Source: Acidobacteriota bacterium
GTDB lineage: Bacteria; Acidobacteriota; UBA4820; DSQY01
Reading direction: 5' to 3'
NCBI GenBank assembly: GCA_049967655.1
Contig: JBMFSH010000003.1
Coordinates: 32,001-96,000, forward strand
DNA length: 64,000 nucleotides
The translations under genes and the position numbers were made by a program. This document shows positions 60,312-64,000 of this stretch, piece after piece. The notes under the pieces were generated by a model. That model did not search any database. It was not told where the DNA came from and saw only the letters and a list, made by a program, of their open reading frames with translations. The first letter of the stretch is position 1. Each line of letters starts with the position of its first letter.

Positions 60312-62208
60312 GCGCGTCCTCTCCGTCGCGCTTCACCAGCGCGCGTCCGTCCAGAATGTAGGCCAGATCCCCGGTGGAGAGAAGCGCTCCCCCCATCCAC
60401 TCGGGAACCATCTCCAGGGGTGGGCCCCAGGGGAGGATCACCACCCGCTCGCTCTGGTACACCCGCGAGACGATCAGGACGCGGTCGCGCTGGGGAGCGC
60501 CGATCCGAAGGGCGTAGCCCCCGCCGTCCTGGGGGCCGGGTCCCCAGCGCAGGACGGGAAGCAGGTCGCCGTTGTCCTCGAGGTAGCGCCTCGACCCCTG
60601 TCGGACCAGGGGATGGGCGGCCAGGTCGAGGATGGCCTGAACCTGCGAGGAGGGGAGGCCGTAACGGAGCTCGTCCCCCCATCCGAAGACCAGGACCCGG
60701 GTCAGGGTGACGGCGGAGGGGAGCACGAGGGAGAAGCGGCTGCCTGCCCCGGTCTCGGTGGCCATTTCGATGTGGCCGCCCAGGGACTCCACGGCCGCGC
60801 GGACCACGTCCAGGCCCACGCCGCGCCCGCTCACTTCGGAGACCTCCTTCCGGGTGGTGAAGGCCGGCAGGGTGAGGAGTTCGAGCAGGCGGTCCCGATC
60901 GAGCAGGGCCGCCTCCTGGGGGCTGTACAGCCCGCGCTCCGCGGCGGCCTGGCGCACCGCCTCGAGGTCGATGCCCCGGCCGTCGTCCTCCAGGGTCACG
61001 AAGAGCGCCTCCCCCTCCCGGGTGATGGAGAGCTTCAGTAGACCCACCGCCGGCTTGCCCGCCGCCGCCCGCTCCGCTGGGGCTTCGATGCCGTGGTCCA
61101 CGGCGTTGCGGGCGAGGTGCATGAGCGGATCCAGCAGCTTCTCCAGCACCGAGCGGTCCACCTGCTGGTCCGCACCCGCGTGCTCGAACCGCACGGGCTT
61201 GCCCAGGCGCCCAGAGAGCTCCCGGACGGCCCGCCCCAAGCGGTCCACCAGGGAGTCGAAGGGGACCAGGCGCACCGCCAGGACCTGATCGAAGAGTCGG
61301 TTCAGGCTGCTGCGGTGGCTTTCGAGCCAGAAGCGGTGGCGGCGGCGCTCCCGATCCGGAAGGCCGGACTGGAAGGCGTTGAGCTGGAACAGCAGGTCGG
61401 AGGTCTGGGCGAGCAGGGCGTCGAGATCTGCCGACTGGACCCGCAGGCTGCCCACCAGAACCTGGTCGGGGCGGGCGGCGGCCGGGGAGGCCTCGCGCTC
61501 CAGGCTCACACCGGACACCTCCGAGAGCCCCTGGATGCTCTTGGCCAGCTCCTTGACCTGCGGCGAATCGGGCAGGAGGAAGGCGGCGGAGCGCAGGTTG
61601 CCGGCCTGGACCTCCGCCAGTCCAGGCTCCATGACGAAATCCGGGAAGGCCCCCCGCACCTTGTTCATCACCACCGCCAGGCGCGCGGCCGGCAGCGGGG
61701 AGGCCGGATCGATGGTCACCGTGACCCTCAGGGAGGGGGCGGCCCGGCCGGAAGGTGGCACGGCGGGCGGTTGGCTGGCCGGAGGGGGCGGAGCGGGGCG
61801 GTCGGACGGCGAGGCGGGGAGGGCGGCCGGCCCCTCCGGTCCCGCGTCGAGGCCCCGGATGGCGCGCTCGACGGCGGCTTCGAGCCCCTGGTCCGCGCCC
61901 GTCGCCTGGGCCTGGTCCACGAGGGAATCGAGGGCGTCCAGGGCCGCCAGGAGGGCGGAGGATTGGCCGGCCGTCGGGGCCTCTCCGTCCCGCCAGCGGC
62001 CCAGCAGGGTCTCCATCCGGTGGGCCAGGGAGCTCGTGGCCTCGAAGCCCATGGAGGCCGCCATGCCCTTGAGCGAGTGGGCGCTGCGGAACAGCTCGGC
62101 GAGGGCGGACCTCTGCACCTCCTCTCCGGAGGGGATGCCCCGCCGCATCCGGGCGAGGTGCTCCCTGCACTCGGAGACGTACAGGTCGAGATACTTGGAG
62201 GTGTCCAT
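60289..62208 (-). CDS. cheA: Chemotaxis histidine kinase (DifE-like)
   Basis: HPt LFRSAHSLKGMA; HLARNAVDHGIE; DDGRGID; SGRGVGLDVV; CheW-like C-terminus. Confidence 0.93.
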   Translation of the reverse strand: MDTSKYLDLYVSECREHLARMRRGIPSGEEVQRSALAELFRSAHSLKGMAASMGFEATSSLAHRMETLLGRWRDGEAPTAGQSSALLAALDALDSLVDQAQATGADQGLEAAVERAIRGLDAGPEGPAALPASPSDRPAPPPPASQPPAVPPSGRAAPSLRVTVTIDPASPLPAARLAVVMNKVRGAFPDFVMEPGLAEVQAGNLRSAAFLLPDSPQVKELAKSIQGLSEVSGVSLEREASPAAARPDQVLVGSLRVQSADLDALLAQTSDLLFQLNAFQSGLPDRERRRHRFWLESHRSSLNRLFDQVLAVRLVPFDSLVDRLGRAVRELSGRLGKPVRFEHAGADQQVDRSVLEKLLDPLMHLARNAVDHGIEAPAERAAAGKPAVGLLKLSITREGEALFVTLEDDGRGIDLEAVRQAAAERGLYSPQEAALLDRDRLLELLTLPAFTTRKEVSEVSGRGVGLDVVRAAVESLGGHIEMATETGAGSRFSLVLPSAVTLTRVLVFGWGDELRYGLPSSQVQAILDLAAHPLVRQGSRRYLEDNGDLLPVLRWGPGPQDGGGYALRIGAPQRDRVLIVSRVYQSERVVILPWGPPLEMVPEWMGGALLSTGDLAYILDGRALVKRDGEDAHVQADDG

Positions 62209-62237
62209 GAGCGCCGCCCGCGGCCCGGCCCGACGGG

Positions 62238-62606
62238 TCAACCGACCATGACGGAGTCGAGCACCTTGAGCACCTTCTCCGCGGAGAAGGGCTTGACGAT
62301 GAAGTCCTTGGCCCCCGCGGCGATGGATTCGATGACCAGGGCCTCCTGGCCGAGTGCGGAGCACATGATGATCCTGGCCTTGGGCGAGGTCTTGAGGATC
62401 TCCCGGCACGCCTCGATGCCGTCCATCTGCGGCATGACGATGTCCATCGTGACCAGGTCGGGAGCGAGGGCGCGGAACTGCTCCACCGCCTCCTGGCCGT
62501 TCGAGGCCTCGCCCACCACTTCGTACCGGCCCGAGTTGACGAGGATGTCCCGGATCATGGCCCTCATGAACATGGCGTCGTCGACAATGAGAACCCTATG
62601 AGGCAT
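62238..62606 (-). CDS. cheY: CheY response regulator (DifD-like)
   Basis: VLIVDDAMFMR, VTMDIVMP, MCSALGQ, FIVKPF. Confidence 0.93.
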   Translation of the reverse strand: MPHRVLIVDDAMFMRAMIRDILVNSGRYEVVGEASNGQEAVEQFRALAPDLVTMDIVMPQMDGIEACREILKTSPKARIIMCSALGQEALVIESIAAGAKDFIVKPFSAEKVLKVLDSVMVG

Positions 62607-63051
62607 GGTCTCTCCCAGCGGTTTGGTAGTGCACGGACAGGGCCATGGCCCGACTCAGTTCGGCGGCCACGGCGGAGGGGTTGATCACGCCCACCCACTC
62701 CTGGTTCCATGGATAGAGGCCGCCCCAGATCCCCTCGTTCTTCTCCTCTCGCAGGGCGAGTTCGTCGTATGCAACCACGTCCTCCACCGTGCCCACGGTG
62801 AGCGCCAGGTGCCCCAGCGGCGAGGCGAGCCGGAGCAGAAGCTCCTGCCCCTCCGCGGCTGGAGGCTCGTCCACGAGGGCTGGCGTGTCCAGCACGGTCA
62901 CGAGCTGGCCCTTGAGGAAGGCGGCGGCCCGCAGATAGGGATAGGAGGCCGGGAGCGGGTAGAGCCTGGGAAGGGGAGAGATCTCCGCCAGGTGGTCCGT
63001 CAGAAATCCCACCGGCCGGTCCGCCACCCGTGCCACCAGCAGCTTGCGCAT
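62596..63051 (-). CDS. cheW: CheW-like coupling protein (divergent)
   Basis: YPLPAS..YLRAAAFLKGQLVTVLD, ALTVGTVEDV; located between MCP and cheY. Confidence 0.75.
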   Translation of the reverse strand: MRKLLVARVADRPVGFLTDHLAEISPLPRLYPLPASYPYLRAAAFLKGQLVTVLDTPALVDEPPAAEGQELLLRLASPLGHLALTVGTVEDVVAYDELALREEKNEGIWGGLYPWNQEWVGVINPSAVAAELSRAMALSVHYQTAGRDHAS

Positions 63052-63118
63052 TCCTCTCCCCATCCAACTCCCGGGACCTGCTCCACGGGGGCCCTTGGAA
63101 GGCCCGGGAGCCTCCCGG

Positions 63119-64000
63119 CTACAGCTTGAACCTCTCCACGAGGGACCGGAGGCGGTTCGCCTCCTCCAGCAGAGCCTTGGCCTGCTGGTCGATCTCTTCC
63201 ATGCTGGCGGTGGTCTCCTGAGTGGCGGCCGAAGCCTCCTGCGTGCCCGCGGCGTTGTCCGTGGCCACGGAGCGGATCTCCTCCATGGACTTGCTCAGGG
63301 CCGCGGCGCCCTGGGCCTGAATGGCCGCCTCTCGGGCGATGGCGCGGATGGACTCGCGCGTCTGCTCGGCGCCCGCGCTGATCCCCTCCAGGGCCCGCGC
63401 GGCCGTTTCGGTGACCTTCTGCCCCAGGCGGGCCGCGGCGCGCGTCTCCTCCATACGGCCGGCCACCTCCTGGGTGCGTCCGGTGATCTCCTGCGCGAGC
63501 CTGGCGATCTGGGCGGCGAGCTCGCGGGTGTTTTCGGCCAGCCGGCGGACCTCCTCTGCCACCACCGCGAAGCCCCGTCCCGCATCGCCCGCCCGCGCCG
63601 CCTCGATGGTGGCGTTGAGGGCGAGGATGTGGGTCTGGTGGCTGAGGGTGGTGATGGTTTCCACGAGGTTGTGAATCTCCCCGGCCTGCTCGCGGAAAGT
63701 GCCCACCAAGCCGGCGGAGCGCTCCACGTGACCCAGGATGCCGTCCATCGCCTGGGCGGCCTCGGTAGAGGCGGCCTTGCCCTCCCGGGCCTTCTCGGCC
63801 GATACCACGGCCTGCTCCTCCGTGGACCGGCTCCTCTCAGCGATGGCCGAAGCGGAGGCAGCCACGTTGTCGGTCACGCCGGCGGCCTCCTCCAGGCTGG
63901 CGGCCTGGGTTTCGGCCCCCTTGGCGATGTTCTGGATGTTGCTGGCCACCTCCGCGGTGGAGCCCGTGACCTGGGCGGTGGAGACGGTGAGGTTCTGGGC
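63119..64000 (-). CDS. Methyl-accepting chemotaxis protein, C-terminal part (5' end outside window)
   Basis: [34 protein letters not shown]; frame open to the window edge. Confidence 0.95.
   Translation of the reverse strand, partial: AQNLTVSTAQVTGSTAEVASNIQNIAKGAETQAASLEEAAGVTDNVAASASAIAERSRSTEEQAVVSAEKAREGKAASTEAAQAMDGILGHVERSAGLVGTFREQAGEIHNLVETITTLSHQTHILALNATIEAARAGDAGRGFAVVAEEVRRLAENTRELAAQIARLAQEITGRTQEVAGRMEETRAAARLGQKVTETAARALEGISAGAEQTRESIRAIAREAAIQAQGAAALSKSMEEIRSVATDNAAGTQEASAATQETTASMEEIDQQAKALLEEANRLRSLVERFKL

Overview
High-GC bacterial chromosomal window, probably an anaerobic Acidobacteriota/Deltaproteobacteria-like organism (inferred from gene content only). About 60 protein-coding genes; no rRNA, tRNA, CRISPR array, prophage or transposase seen. 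Left end: an hdrA(3')-wHTH-qmoC-like-dsrE-dsrE-cytidylate kinase-like-rubrerythrin-dsrE2-flavin oxidoreductase operon. Middle: mtgA, a secreted MEMO-like protein, a penicillin acylase, prkA-yeaH-spoVR, greA, secreted proteins, tyrA, ampG, ABC-F, gloA, sodA, rlmN, folE with a PTPS and a peroxiredoxin. Right: two-component genes, murJ-dtd-fpr-xerD and a Dif-like chemosensory operon cut by the window edge. The main signals absent from the ORF track are: (1) a complete ribosome-mediated tyrosine attenuator (promoter, YAYYY leader peptide, antiterminator, terminator) before tyrA; (2) four correctly spaced and positioned sigma-54 promoters, one driving an uncharacterised secreted hydrolase plus partner pair; (3) two MITE families with terminal inverted repeats and target duplications; (4) several short-repeat families at gene junctions; (5) two candidate structured ncRNAs. 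Family assignments come from motif recognition, not database searches.
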